DNA from: Hypanus sabinus
Taxonomy: Eukaryota
Assembly: GCF_030144855.1 (NCBI RefSeq)
Contig: NC_082711.1
Location: 118,296,001 to 118,360,000 of the forward strand
Length of the DNA stretch: 64,000 nt
Reading direction: 5' to 3'
Under the pieces are notes generated by a model. The model saw nothing but the letters and a program-made list of their open reading frames with translations, searched no databases and was not told the origin of the DNA. How positions within the stretch are numbered: the stretch's first letter is position 1; every line of letters starts with the position of its first letter. Positions 1 to 13,450 of this stretch are shown here, piece by piece. The position numbers were made by a program, and so were the translations under genes.

Positions 1-491
1 CAGCCGCACCAGAAGAAACGCTAGTGATCCCATAATAGCGGAAGCCATTGGAAGGAGGCCACGTGCGTTCAGTTCCGTTTGCCTGGAACTGGTGGCTGTA
101 CCACGGAAAACGGCTTTTAGCTAACAACGGGGAAACCAACTCCCCCCCCCCCCCCCGACTCAAAGGATTGGCATCATAAAAGACCTGGGCAAGTTTAACC
201 CGTCTCTCTCTTAAACCCAAAACGCTGCAGCTTGAACCAACTAACAGTGACTTTTATATTTCCATCGGACAATACATTATCCCCTAGACAATGATAGAGC
301 TATTTCTTATTGATTATTATGATACCCGCGCTTTTAGATTTAGTATTGACGATGTATATTATCTGTATGTTTGCATTAATCTTATTTTGGGCCCCTTTAT
401 CAATAAATACTTTTAAAAAATAGTACCATCAGACTTCAACGGACCTCTCTAACTTTGCTGGTAAGTGACCCAGTTACGGGGTTACGTAACA
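1..491 (+). repeat. 5' LTR (partial)
   Basis: About 8 substitutions and 3 indels versus 4210-4697 by eye; AATAAA at 402-407; ends in CGTAACA. Confidence 0.95.
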
Positions 492-493
492 AT

Positions 494-516
494 TGGAGTT
501 CTCGCCTTGGGATTTG
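494..516 (+). promoter_or_regulatory. Primer-binding site, degenerate tRNA-Pro-like
   Basis: TGGAGTTCTCGCCTTGGGATTTGA directly after the LTR resembles the complement of the tRNA-Pro 3' end (TGGGGGCTCGTCCGGGATTTGA), with mismatches. Confidence 0.5.
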
Positions 517-604
517 ACACCAAATTGGGAGGCCAGTGAATCGAGCTTGTAAGTCCAAAACTTGGATCTGGTTACGTGGATAGCCAGACGGGGAACCAGC
601 AAAG

Positions 605-2798
605 ATGGACGTGGGTGAATTTATAGAAAACCCAACTCTGGAGGCGCTAGAGGCGGCCACCAAATCAGACTTGATAAATTTGGCGAAGGAGTTAAACCTC
701 GCAGAGGTGAGGTTGTCAATGAAAAAGCGGGAGGTGCGAAGGGCCATAACTCAGTATTATATCGGGAAGAATGTGTTTGCAGCTGAGGTATTGGAAGATA
801 TCCCTGAAAAGGTACCAGCTAGTGGGACGGCTCAGTTAGAGTTGGAGAAATTAAGGTTGGAACATGCAATTAAGTTAAAGCAGCTGGAAGCAGCCGAGAG
901 AGAAAGGGAGCAGGCGCTCCAGCTAAAGGAGTTAGAGGTGAAATGGGAGCATGAAATTCAGTTGAAACAGCTGGAAGCAGCTGAGAAAGAGAAAGAGAGA
1001 GCTGAGAAAGAGAAAGAGAGAGAGAGAGAGGGCCAAGAAGGAGAGAGAGTATGGGGAGGCAGAGAAACAAAGGAAACATGACTTGGAGATAGAGAAGTTA
1101 AGGCAAGGGCGAAGAGATCAAGGGTCAGACTGAGAGGAGCGGTTTAATGTTAGTCGAGAGTTGAGGTTAGTACCTCCGTTCGAGGAGACGGATGTTGATA
1201 GTTATTTCTTGCTTTTTGAAAAGGTGGCAGTGAATCTGAAGTGGCCCAGAGCTCAGTGGGTGGTGCTGTTACAAAATGTGTTAAAAGGGAAGGCACAGTG
1301 GGCATATACGACGTTGGCCATGGAGGAGGAGAGTTATGACAAAGTAAAGGCGGCCATTCTCCAGAGTTACGAGTTAGTACCTGAAGCGTATAGACAAAAG
1401 TTTAGAAATTTAAAGATAGGGTGGAATCAGACGTATACTGAGTTTGCCTATGAGAAGGGTGTGCTCTTGGACCATTGGTGCACCGCAGAGATAGTGGCAG
1501 AGGATTATTGGCGTCTCAGGGAGTTAATTCTGATTGAGGAATTTAAAGGTTGTGTTTCGGAGGATATCCGGATGTATTTGAATGAGAAGCCGAATAAGTC
1601 CATTTCAGAATTTGTTAGGTTCGCAGATGAATATGCCCTAACCCACAAGACAAAGTTTTCCTCGAATAAAAGTTCCCAGAGAGACCGTGGGAACGATCGA
1701 GAAAGTCCACAGGCTGAGGCAGAGGTCCCGCCAGGAGCTAGTGGTAAGGTTGAGGGGGAAAGGCCAGACGGCCAGAGATTTCCGGGCTTGACCTGTTTTA
1801 ATTGTGGAAAGGGGGGGCATATTGCATCTCGGCGCTTTGCTCCGAGGAAAGAGACAGGAAAAGGGAAAGCAGCAGTCCCTATCGGATGTGCCGTGGTAAT
1901 CAGTAAATCGACAAGAGAGCCCCGGGTAGACAGAGTACGAGAAGGGTCTGAGACTTGTCTGTCACATGGAACTGTGTCTGTGAGGGAGGGAGACACACCA
2001 TTTCCCGTACGGATCTGGAGAGATACGGGGGCTGAGCTGTCATTGATCAGCAGTAAGGTACTAGAGTTTGGTCACAAGACGAGAATGGTAGCTGTGAAAG
2101 GAATAAGTAAAGGGACAGAAATGGTGCCCTTACATAAGGTCATTATGGATTGTGAGCTGGTGTCTGGACCCGTTGAAACAGGGGTGCGATCAGAATTCCC
2201 GAGAACTGACGCGGACGTCCTTCTCGGTAACGATTTAGCAGGTGGTAAGGTTTGGTCAGCCATGACGATGACCCGCCGGCCGGTGAGTGTTGCGGTCCCA
2301 CCCCTAGAGTCCCAGATCTATCCCGCATGCGCGGTCACTCGCAGCCTGCCGAGAGAGGCAGCTGAGAACGAGAGCAGTTTAAATCCGGCCAGTTTCTATT
2401 TGGCCGAGACGTTTCTATCGACCCTGTACCACAAGGGTTTAGAGGATGGTAAAACGAAGAGTAGTAAAGTGAAAGAGGGTAAGGGAGAGGAGGTAGATCT
2501 GCCCTTAGCAAGGAGAAAGGTTCTAGAGGCAGAAAATAAAGATGAGGAACTGATAGAGCAGTTAAAAAGTCCAGGGTTGGACCTGGATGATCTGACTGGG
2601 TTGGCAGAACTGTTTGAAGAAGTTGAAAATGTTGGAGGTGTGCCCGATAATGAAATGAGGGCAGTCTTAGATGAAAAGAGTGCCCTTACCTTGAAGAAGT
2701 CTGCTGGGTTGGCAGATGAGGTTGTTTCAACCGCGGGGTTGAGTTTACTCCGGAAGGGAGTTGCCCAGAGAGTAACTGGGAGGATCAGGGGAACTTAG
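605..2798 (+). pseudogene. Disrupted gag (coiled coil, SCAN, CCHC knuckle) and aspartic protease of the LTR element
   Basis: ORF 605-1081 and ORF 1161-2798 are in different frames, split at the GA-rich tract near 1000-1060, with a TGA near 1130. Motifs: YELVPEAYRQKFR...LRELILIEEFK (SCAN-like), CFNCGKGGHIASRR (last Cys lost), IWRDTGAELS (protease), PACAVTRS. Confidence 0.88.
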
Positions 2799-3915
2799 AA
2801 TTTGAAAAGGGTATGGGTATTGAAAGCCTGGAAGAGGCCAATGTCCCGTTTGAGTGTGTCCAAGATGGGGATGCACATGGTACTGAACCTAGAAACGGAG
2901 CTCAGAAAAAGTCTGAGGTATTTGATTCAGTTGAATGAGACGGCTGTCCTTTTGGGTCAAATAGACTTGGTTCAGTGAAGAAAGGGTTAACCTTGGTAAT
3001 AGTGAGAAGTGAGAGTTCCCAGGTGTTTGTGCTTGAAGGTGTGTTAAAAGTTAATGTGGAGCTCAAAACTGGGGAGATAAATATTGTTATTGAAGGAAAC
3101 GGGAAATCTGTAGTTCCCAAATCGAATGAAAAAATTTTAAACCCTGCGGATCGCTTCCAGATAAAGCCGGGAGGTGACGGGGGGGGGGGGCGGTGGGGGG
3201 CGTGCTATTGTTATTCCAGAGTGTGGTGTGAAAAGGCAGAATTTGAAATGCTGCTTGAACAAAGAGTTCGAACTGAAACACACATAGCCTGAAGGGTCCT
3301 GAAGAGAGGGCTAGCCACCGGTATAAAATTAAAGAATTGGGTGGAAATTCAGAAGATGGTCTAAGTTTGGGACACGGTGTTGATAAAATAACTCCTATGA
3401 AAGAAATGGGCGACAGTTTACCTCGCCAAGGTACCCAAGCCCCCCACATGGGAACTAACTGGAAAAGAGGTGATGGTTAATGGGGATGCCATTTTTAAAT
3501 AGCAAAAGCCGGTTGTACAGGATTTCGACAAAGCATGTGAACAATAAAGACAACTCCATGGAAACCTGCCTGTTAAGTTTGAAAACAACCGAAAGAATAG
3601 TATTTACATAAACTTTTGTAGATGCACGGCAGCTAAGATCACAACTCCTTAGTTTTGTTGCTGAAGGGAAGAAATAAAAACAGGTGGTTATTAAATTGAA
3701 GTCTGATGCTACAAGACTTTAGTAAGGTACAAGATGTTGATATTAAAGGAAGTGACACTGTAATCGTTAACTGTTTGGATGCTGAATTGGATGTATAACT
3801 GTATTACTCTGTAGAGAAAAGGAAAAGCTTTAGTATTGTGTTAGATTCCACAATCCTGTAAGACTCTGTACTACTTCGTTTTAACCGCTGGTAAAAACGC
3901 GTTGAAGAAAGGGGG

Positions 3916-4697
3916 TGTTACGCCTGCAGCCCCCTCCTTTGTGAGAATCGCAAGATCACTGTTGGGATGGGTCAGGAGTGCCAGGAAATGAGAGAGAGAC
4001 ATGCGGAATGTCTCGTTCCCCCGGCAATTTAAAGCTACGGGACACGGCCATTGTCTCTTGGAGACGAACTTGTGGATTGAAATACTGTGCTACGTGGAAG
4101 CCCTCAGGCAAAGTGGGCTGGTTGAGGGAGGGATTGCATCACCCCCAACCTGATTGACATCTGCGACCCTGTGAGTCAGGATAAAAGAGGGTCTGTGGGA
4201 ACAGCCCCTCAGCCGCACCAGAAGAAACGCTAGTGATCCCATAATAGCGGAAGCCATTGGAAGGAGGCCACGTGCGTTCAGTTCCGTTTGCCTGGAACTG
4301 GTGGCTGTACCATGGAAAACGGCTTTTAGCTAACAACGGGGAAACCAACTCCCCCCCCGCCCGACTCAAAGGATTGGCATCATAAAAGACCTGGGCAAGT
4401 TTAACCCGTCTCTCTCTTAAACCCAAAACGCTGCAGCTTGAACCAACTAACAGTGACTTTTATATTTCCATCGGACAATACATTATCCCCTGGACAACGA
4501 TAGAGCTATTTCTTATTGATTATTATTATACCCGCGCTTTTAGATTTAGTATTGATGACGTATATTATCTGTATGTTTGCATTAATCTTATTTTTGGGCC
4601 CCTTTATCAATAAATACTTTTAAAAATAGTACCATCAGATTTCAACGGACCTCTCTATCTTTGCTGGTAAGTGACCCAGTTACGGGGTTACGTAACA
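3916..4697 (+). repeat. 3' LTR, 782 bp
   Basis: Starts TGTTACG after the PPT and ends CGTAACA; duplicates 1-491 over its last 488 bp. Confidence 0.95.
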
Positions 4698-7600
4698 TCT
4701 GTCATCACTACCTTCTCCTGCGTTACCCTCATTACATCCCTTCCCTCTATTATCCCTTATTACTACACTCCCCTTCATTATTCCTCATCACTCACCTCCC
4801 TCCATTACTCCACAAACCTCCCCTCCACTCCATTAACACTCATATCTCCCAGCAAGTCCATTGCCCCATCACTATTCACATCCCTCCCCTCCATTACCTT
4901 CAATAACTCCCGTCCCCTCCATTACCACTCATCACTACCCTCCCCCCATTACCCCGCATCAATATCCTCCACTCACATTACCCCTCATCACTCCCCTCCT
5001 CCCCATTACCCTTCAGCACTACCCTCTCCATTACCCCTCATCACTCAAATCGCCTCCATTATCCCTCATCACTCCCATCCTATCAATTACCACACATCAC
5101 TCCCCTCCCCTCCATTAGCCCTCATCACTCTCCTCCCTCCATTACCCCTTAAACTTCCCCTCCCGTCCATTAACACTCATATCTCCCAGCAAGTCCATTG
5201 CCCCATCACTTTTCACATCCCTTCCATCCATTACCCTTCATCAGTCCACTCCCATCCATTACCCCCATCACTCTCCTCCCCTCCATTACCCCTTATCACT
5301 CCCATCCCCTCGATTACCCCTCATCACTACCCTCCATTACTCCTCATCACTCCCCTCTCCATTAACACTCATCTCTATTACCTCGATCACTCTTCACATC
5401 ACTCCCCTCTGTTACCCCACATCACTCCCATCCCCTCTATTATGCCGCATCACTCAAATGCCCATTATTACTCATCACTCCCATCCTCACCATTACGCCT
5501 CATCACCGCATCCCATCCATTACCCCTCATTACCATCCTCCCCTCCATTACCGCTCAACACTCCTGTTCCCTTCATTAACCCTCATCACTCCCATCCCCT
5601 GAATTACCTCTCATCACTTAAAACCATTCCCTTACCCCTCATCACTCCCTTCTTCTCCATAACCCCTCATCACTCCCCTCCCCTTGATTACCCCTTATCA
5701 CTCAAATCCCCTCCATTATCTCTCATCACTTCCCTCCCCGCGATTACTCCTAAACACTCCCCTCTCGACCATTAACCCTCATATCTCCCATCCCGTCCAT
5801 TGACCCATCACTTCTCACATCCGTCCCCTCCATTACCCTCAATCACTCCCATCCCCTCCGTTACCGCTCAGCACCCCTCCACTCCATTAGCACTTATCAC
5901 TCTCATCTCCTCAATTACCTCTCATCACTACCCTCCCTTTGACTACCCCTCATCACTCCTATCCCCTCCATTACCCCTCATCACTCCCCTCCCCTCCATT
6001 ACCCTTCATCACTTTCTTCTCCCCATTACCCCTCATCACAAACCTCCCCTCCATTACCCATCATCACTCCCGTCTCTTCCATTTACTCTCATATCTCCCT
6101 TCCACTCCATTACTCCTCATCACTCCCCTCCGCTCCATTACCCTCATCACTCAAATCCCTTCTATTATACCTCATCACTCCCATCCCCTCCATTAACCCT
6201 CCACTACTTTCTCCCCCATTACCCCTCATAAGTCCCCCCATTACCCATCATCAATATCGTCACCTCCATTACCTCTCATCACTCCCCACTCCTCCATTAA
6301 CCCTCATATATCCCATCCCCTCCTTTAAACCTATCACTCCTCAAATCACTCCCCTCCATTACCCTCAAGCACTTCCATCCATTCCATTACCTCTCATGAC
6401 TCCCGACCCAGCCAATACCCCAATCCCTCCTACATTACCCCTCATCACTCCCCTCTCCATTAACCCTCATCTCTCCCATCCCATTACCTCGAACACTACT
6501 CACATCACTCCCGTCCCCTCCATTAGCACTCATTACTCTTGTTCCCTTCAATACCCCTGATCACTCCCATCCTATCCATTACCCGTCATCACTCAAATCC
6601 CTTCCATTACCCGTCATCACTCCTCTCCATTACTCCTTAGCACTCCTCTTCCCTCCATTACCCCTCATCACTCCCCTCCCTTCCATTACCCTTCATCACA
6701 CCCCTCCACTCCACTACCCCTTATCACACCACTCCCCTCCATTAACCCTCATCACTGCACTCCCCTCCATTACTCCTCATCACTGCCCTCGCCTGCATTA
6801 CGCCTCATCACTCCCATCCCCTCCATTACCCCTCATCACTCCCATCCCATCCATTACCCCTCATCACTCAGATCGCCACCATTAAACCTCATCACTCTCT
6901 CCTCCATTAACAGTCATATCTCCCGATCCCTCCATTAACCCTATCACTCTTCACATCACTCCCCTCCATTACCTCTCATCACTCCCATCCCCTCCATTAT
7001 CCCTCATCACTCCCCTCCCCATTACCATTCATCACACCCTTCCACTCCACTACTCCTTATCACACCACTTCCCTCCATTAACCCTCATCAATACACTCCC
7101 TTCGATTACCCCATAACTCCCTTCTCCTACATTACCCATCATTACTCCCCTCCTCTCCATTACACTTCATCACTCAAATCCCATCCATTATCCCTCATCA
7201 CTCCCATCCCCACCATTACCCCCCATCACTACCCTCCCCTCCATTACCCCTCATCACACCCCTAGACTCGATTACCCCTTATCACACCACTTCCCCTCCA
7301 TTACCCCTCATCACCACCCTCCCCTCCATTACACCTCATCACTCTCCTTCCAGCCATTACCCCTAAACACTCCCCTCTCCTCCATTGACCATCATCTCTC
7401 CAATCCCATTACCTCGAACACTACTCACATCACTCCTGTCCCCTCCATTAGCACTCATCATTCTTGTTCCCTTCAATACCCCTGATCACTCCCATCCCAT
7501 CCATTACCCGTCATCACTCAAATCCCCTCCATTACTCCTCATCACTCCCCTCCATTACCTCATCACTCAAATCTCCTCCATTACCCCTCATCACTCAGAT

Positions 7601-10600
7601 CGCCACCATTAAACCTCATCATTCTCCTCTCCTCCATTAACACTTATATCTCCCGTCCCCTCCATTAACCCGAACATTCTTCACATCACTCCCTCCATTA
7701 CTTCTCAACACTCCCATCCCCTCCATTACCACTCCTCACTCCCATCCCCTCCATTACCCCTCATCACTACCCTCACCTCCATTACCCCTCATCACTCCCC
7801 TCCCCATTACCATTCATCACACCTCTCCACACCACTACCCCTTATCACACCACTCCCCTCCATTACCCCTCACACTGCCCTCGCCTGCATTATGCCTCAT
7901 CCCACCCCTCCATTATCCCTCATCACTCTCCTTCCAGCCATTACCCCTAAACACTCCCCTGTCCTCCATTGACCCTCATATCTCCCATCCCATCCATTAA
8001 CCCATCACTTCTCACATCATTCCCCTCCATTACCCTCAATCACTCCCTTCCCATCCATTATCCCTCATCACTCCCACTCCACTCCATTAACACTCATCAC
8101 TCACCTCCAATCCATTAACTCTCATGTCTCCCATCCTCTCCAGTACCCCTCATCACTGCCCTCCCCTGCATTTCCCCTTATCCCGACCCACCCCTCCATT
8201 ACCCCTTATCATTCCCATCCCCTCAATTACCCCTCATCGCTCCCCTCTCCACCATTACCCCTCATATCTTCCATCCTGTCCATTAAACCATCAATTCTCA
8301 CATCCGTCCATTACCCTCAGTCATCCTGTCCCCTCCATTACTGCTCAGAACTCCCCTCCCCTCCATTACCCCTCAATACTCCCACCCCTCCATTACCCCT
8401 CATCACTCCCATCCACTCCATTACTCCTCATCACTACCCTCCAATTACTGCTCATCACTCAAATCCTCTCCATTATCCCTCATCACTCCCATCCCCTCCA
8501 TTACCACTCATCCCTCCCCTCCATTACCCCTCATCACTCCCATCCCGAATTACCTCTCATCACTTAAAACCCCTCCCTTACCCTCATCACTCCCCTCATC
8601 TGCATTACCCCTCATTTCTCCCCTCTCTGTCATTAACTCTCATACCTCCCATCACCTCCATTAACCACAACACTCCTGTCCCCTCAATTACACCTCATCA
8701 ATCCCCTCTCCTCCATTAACTCTCATATCTAACAGTCCCTCCATTACCCCATATCACTCACATTCCCTGCATTAATCCTCATTTTACCCCTCCCCTCCAT
8801 TACCCCTCATCAGTCCCATCCCCTCATTTACATCTCATCCCTCCCATCCATTTCCCCTCATCACTGCCTTCCCTTCCATTACCCCTCATTACTCCTGTTC
8901 CCTTCATTACCCCTCATCACACCCATCCCCTCCATAACACCTCATCTCTAAAATCCTCTATTATCCCATATCACTCCTTTCTCCTCCATTACCCCTCATC
9001 ACTGTTTCTCCATTACCCCTCATCAATCCCCTCCATTACCCCATCTCTCCCCTCTCCTCCATTAAATGTCATATCTCTACTCCCCTACGTTACCCTTCAT
9101 CACTATCCTCCCCTCCATTACACCTCATTACGCCATCCTGCATTACCCCTCATCACTCTCTTCTCCTTCGTGAACTCTCTTATCTCCCAATCCCCTCCAT
9201 TACCCCTCATCAATTCTGTCCCCTTCATTACCACTCATCACCCCCAGCTCCTCCACTAACTCTCATATCTCCATGCCCTCTATTACCCCTCATCACTCTC
9301 CTCCCCTCCATTAACCCTCATCAAGACCCTCCCATCCATTACCCCTTTTCACTACACTCGCCTCCATTAAACCTCATCACTCCCCTTCTCTCCGTTACCC
9401 CCATCACTCCCATCCGCTCCATTACCCCTCAACACTACACTCCCCTCCATTAATCCTCATCACTCCCTTCTCCTCCATTAACTCTCATATCTCCCATCCC
9501 TTCCTTTACCCCATCACTCCCGTCACCTCCATTACCCCTTATCACTCCCATCCCCTCAAATATACTCATTAATCTCCTCCCATCCATTGACTCTCAACAC
9601 TCCCCTCTCCTCCATTAACCCTTATATCTCCCATCCCCTCCATTACCCCATCACTTCTCATATCCTGCCAGTCCATTACCCCCATCACTTCCATCCCCTC
9701 AATTGCACCTCATCACTCCCCTCCCCTCCATTAATTCTCATACCTCCCATCACATCCATTGCCCCATCACTTCTCACATCCCTCCCCTCCATTACTCTCA
9801 ATCACTCCAGTCCCCTCCATTAACCCTCATCACTCCCCTCCGCTCCATTACCTCTCATCACTCCCCTCCCCTCCATTACCCCTTATTGCTCCCATCCCCT
9901 CGATTATCACTCATCACTCCCCTCCCAGCGATTACCCCTAAACATTCCCCTCTCCACCATTAACCCTCGTATCTCCCATCCCGTCCATTAACCCATCATT
10001 TCTCACATCTGTCCCCTCCGTTACCCTCAATCGCTCCCATCCCTCCTTTACCACTCATCACTCCCCTCCACTCAATTACCACTTATCACTCCCATCTCCT
10101 CGATTACCACTCATCACTCCCCTCCCCTCCATTATCCCTCATCACTCAAATACCCACCATTATTCCTCATCACTCCCATCCTCACCATTATGCCTCATCT
10201 CTCCCATCCACTTCATTACCTCAATCACTCCTCACATCACTCCCCTCTGTTACCCCACATCACTCCCATCCCCTCCATTACCAATCATCATTACCCTCCC
10301 CTCCATTAACCCTCATACTCCTGTTCCCTTCATTACCACTTATCACTCCCATCCCCTCCATTACCCCTCATCGCTCAACTACACACCATTATCCCTCATC
10401 ACTCCAATCCTCACCATTATGCCTCATCACCCCATCCCCTCCATTACCGCTCATCACACCTCGCCCTTCCCCCTCATCTCTCCGCTCCCCTCCATTACCC
10501 ATCATGACTACCCAACCCTCGATTACCCCTCATCAATCCTCTCCCCTGCATTACACATCATCACTGCTTTCTCCTCCATTAACTCTCATATCTCCCAACC

Positions 10601-13450
10601 CCTCCATTACCCCTCATCACTCCCCTCCACTGCATTACCCCTCATCACTCCACCCCCCTGCATTAACCCTCATCACGATCCTCTCCTCCATTAACTCTCA
10701 TATTTCCAAATCCACTCCATTACCCATCATCACTTCCGTCCCCTCCATTACCCTCATTACTCCCATCTCCTCCACCCTCATACCTCCCATCCCCTACACT
10801 ACCCCTCATCACTCCCCTCCCCTCCATTACCCCTCATCACTTAAACCCCCTCCATTATCCCTCATCACTCCCATCCAATCCATTACGACTCATCACTTCC
10901 CTCCCATCCATTACCCCATCATTCCCTTGCCCTCCTTTACCCCATTACTACCGTCCACTCCATTAATCCCTCATCACTCCCATCACCTACATTACCATCA
11001 TCACTATCCTCCACTCCATTACTAGTCATCACTACCTTCTCCTGCATTAACCCTCATCAGTTCCCTCCCCTACATTACCCCTTATCACTACCCTCCCTTC
11101 CATTACCCTCAACACTCCCCTCCCCTCCATTAACCCTCATATCTCCCAGCCCGACCACTGCTCCATCACTTCTCACAACCCTCCCCTCCATTACATTCAA
11201 TCACTCCCGTCCACCCCATTACCACTCATCAATCCACTCCCATCCATTACCCCTCATCACCCCCTCCTCTCCATTACCCCCATCACTCAAATCACCTCCA
11301 TTATCCCTCATTACTCCCAACTCCCCCATTACCACTCTTCACTGCTCTCCCTTCCATTACCCCTCATCACTATTCTCCCCTCCATTACACCTCATCATAC
11401 CCTTCTGCATTACCCCTCATCACTCCTGCCCCTCCATTACCCCTTATCACTACCCTCCCCACCATTACCCCTCACTCCCGTCTTCTCCATTAACTATCTC
11501 TCATCCCCTCCATTACCCCTCATCACTCCCCTCCACTGCATTACCCCTCATCACTCCACTCCCCTGCATTAACCCTCATCACTATCCTATCCTCCATTAA
11601 TTCTCATATTTCCAAATCCACTCCATTACCCCTCATCACCCCATCTCCTTCACTCTCATACCTCCCATCCCCTCCAGTACCCCTCAGCACTCCCCTCTCC
11701 TCCATTAACTCTCATCGCTAACCTCTGCTTGATTACCCCTCATCACTCAAATCCCCTCCATTATCACTCATCACTCCTTTCGCCATTATCCCTCATCAAT
11801 CCCCTCCCCTCCATTACCTCCTATCACTACCCTCTCCACCATTACCCCTCCTCACTCCCATCTTCTCTATTGACTCTCATATCTCCCATCCACTCCATTA
11901 CCCCTCATCACTACACTCCCCTCCATTAGCCCTCATCACTCCCTTATACTCCATTCCCCTCATCACTCCCTTCACCAATTAACTCTCATAATTCCCATCC
12001 CCTCCATTACCCCTCATCACTATCCTCTTCTCCATTAACTCTCAGATCTCCCATCCCCAACATTACACATCATCACTCCCATCCCATTCATTACCCCTCA
12101 TCACTCCCCTCCCCTGCATTACCTCTCATCAATCCTCTCTCCTGCATTACCCATCATCACTCCTTTCTCCTCCATTAACTCTGATATCTCCCAGACCCTC
12201 CTTTACCCCTTATCACTCCCCTCCTCTCCATTGCCCTCAATGACTCCCATCCATTCCATTACCTCTCATCACTCCCGTCCCCTCCAATACCCCATTAATC
12301 CCCCTCCATTACCCCCAGCTCTCCGCTCTCCATTAACTCTCATCTATCCCATTCCCTCTATTACCTCCTCACTTCACTCCCCTCCCCACCATTCCCCTTA
12401 TCACCATTCACATCACTCCCGTCTCATCCATTACTCCTCATCACTCCCCTCCACTGCATTACCCCTCATCACTCCACTCCCCTGCATTAACCCTCATCAC
12501 TATCCTATCCTCCATTAATTCTCATATTTCCAAATCCACTCCATTACCCCTCATCACCCCATCTCCTTCACTCTCATACCTCCCATCCCCTCCAGTACCC
12601 CTCAGCAATCCCCTCTCCTCCATTAACTCTCATCATTAACCTCTGCTTGATTACCCCTCATCACTCAAATCCCCTCCATTATCACTCATCACTCCTTTCG
12701 CCATTATCCCTCATCAATCCCCTCCCCTCCATTACCTCCTATCACTACCCTCTCCACCATTACCCCTCCTCACTCCCATCTTCTCTATTGACTCTCATAT
12801 CTCCCATCCACTCCATTACCCCTCATCACTACACTCCCCTCCATTAGCCCTCACCACTCCCTTATACTCCATTCCCCTCATCACTCCCTTCACCAATTAA
12901 CTCTCATAATTCCCATCCCCTCTATTACCCCTCATCACTCTCCTCTTCTCCATTAACTCTCAGATCTCCCATCCCCAACATTACACATCATCACTCCCAT
13001 CCCATTCATTACCCCTCATCACTCCCCTCCCCTGCATTACCTCTCATCAATCCTCTCTCCTGCATTACCCATCATCACTCCTTTCTCCTCCATTAACTCT
13101 CATATCTCCCAGACCCTCCTTTACCCCTTATCACTCCCCTCCTCTCCATTGCCCTCAATGACCCATCCATTCCATTACCTCTCATCACTCCCGTCCCCTC
13201 CAATACCCCATTAATCCCCCTCCTACCCCCAGCTCTCCGCTCTCCATTAACTCTCATCTATCCCATTCCCTCTATTACCTCCTCACTTCACTCCCCTCCC
13301 CACCATTCCCCTTATCACCATACACATCACTCCCGTCTCATCCATTACCCCTCATCACTCCATCCTTTCATTACCCCTCATCACTGCTCACATCCCTCCC
13401 ATCCTCACCATTTCCCCTCATCAGTCCTCACATCTCTTCCCTCCATTATC
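4698..13450. repeat. Satellite I: diverged ~27-bp tandem repeat, consensus about CCATTACCCCTCATCACTCCCCTCCCT
   Basis: Hundreds of recurrences of ccattacccctcatcactcc; plus strand almost G-free; all ORFs here are Pro/His/Ser/Leu repeats. Confidence 0.95.

Larger units (their letters stand above)
1..4697 (+). mobile_element. Gypsy LTR retrotransposon, Gmr1-like with SCAN-domain gag; non-autonomous (no INT/RT/RNase H); 5' LTR runs off the window edge
   Basis: 1-491 repeats at 4210-4697. The 3' LTR 3916-4697 has TGTTACG...CGTAACA inverted termini, a polypurine tract precedes it (AAGAAAGGGGG, 3905-3915), and a TGG-starting PBS follows the 5' LTR. Internal ORFs encode gag, SCAN, a CCHC knuckle and a DTG protease. 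Confidence 0.93.

Noticed and set aside
4661-12847. Many Pro/His/Ser/Leu-rich ORFs (e.g. 4671-5579, 302 aa)
   Set aside because: They are translations of the G-poor satellite, which rarely forms stop codons; the same three 9-aa phrases recur in all frames.
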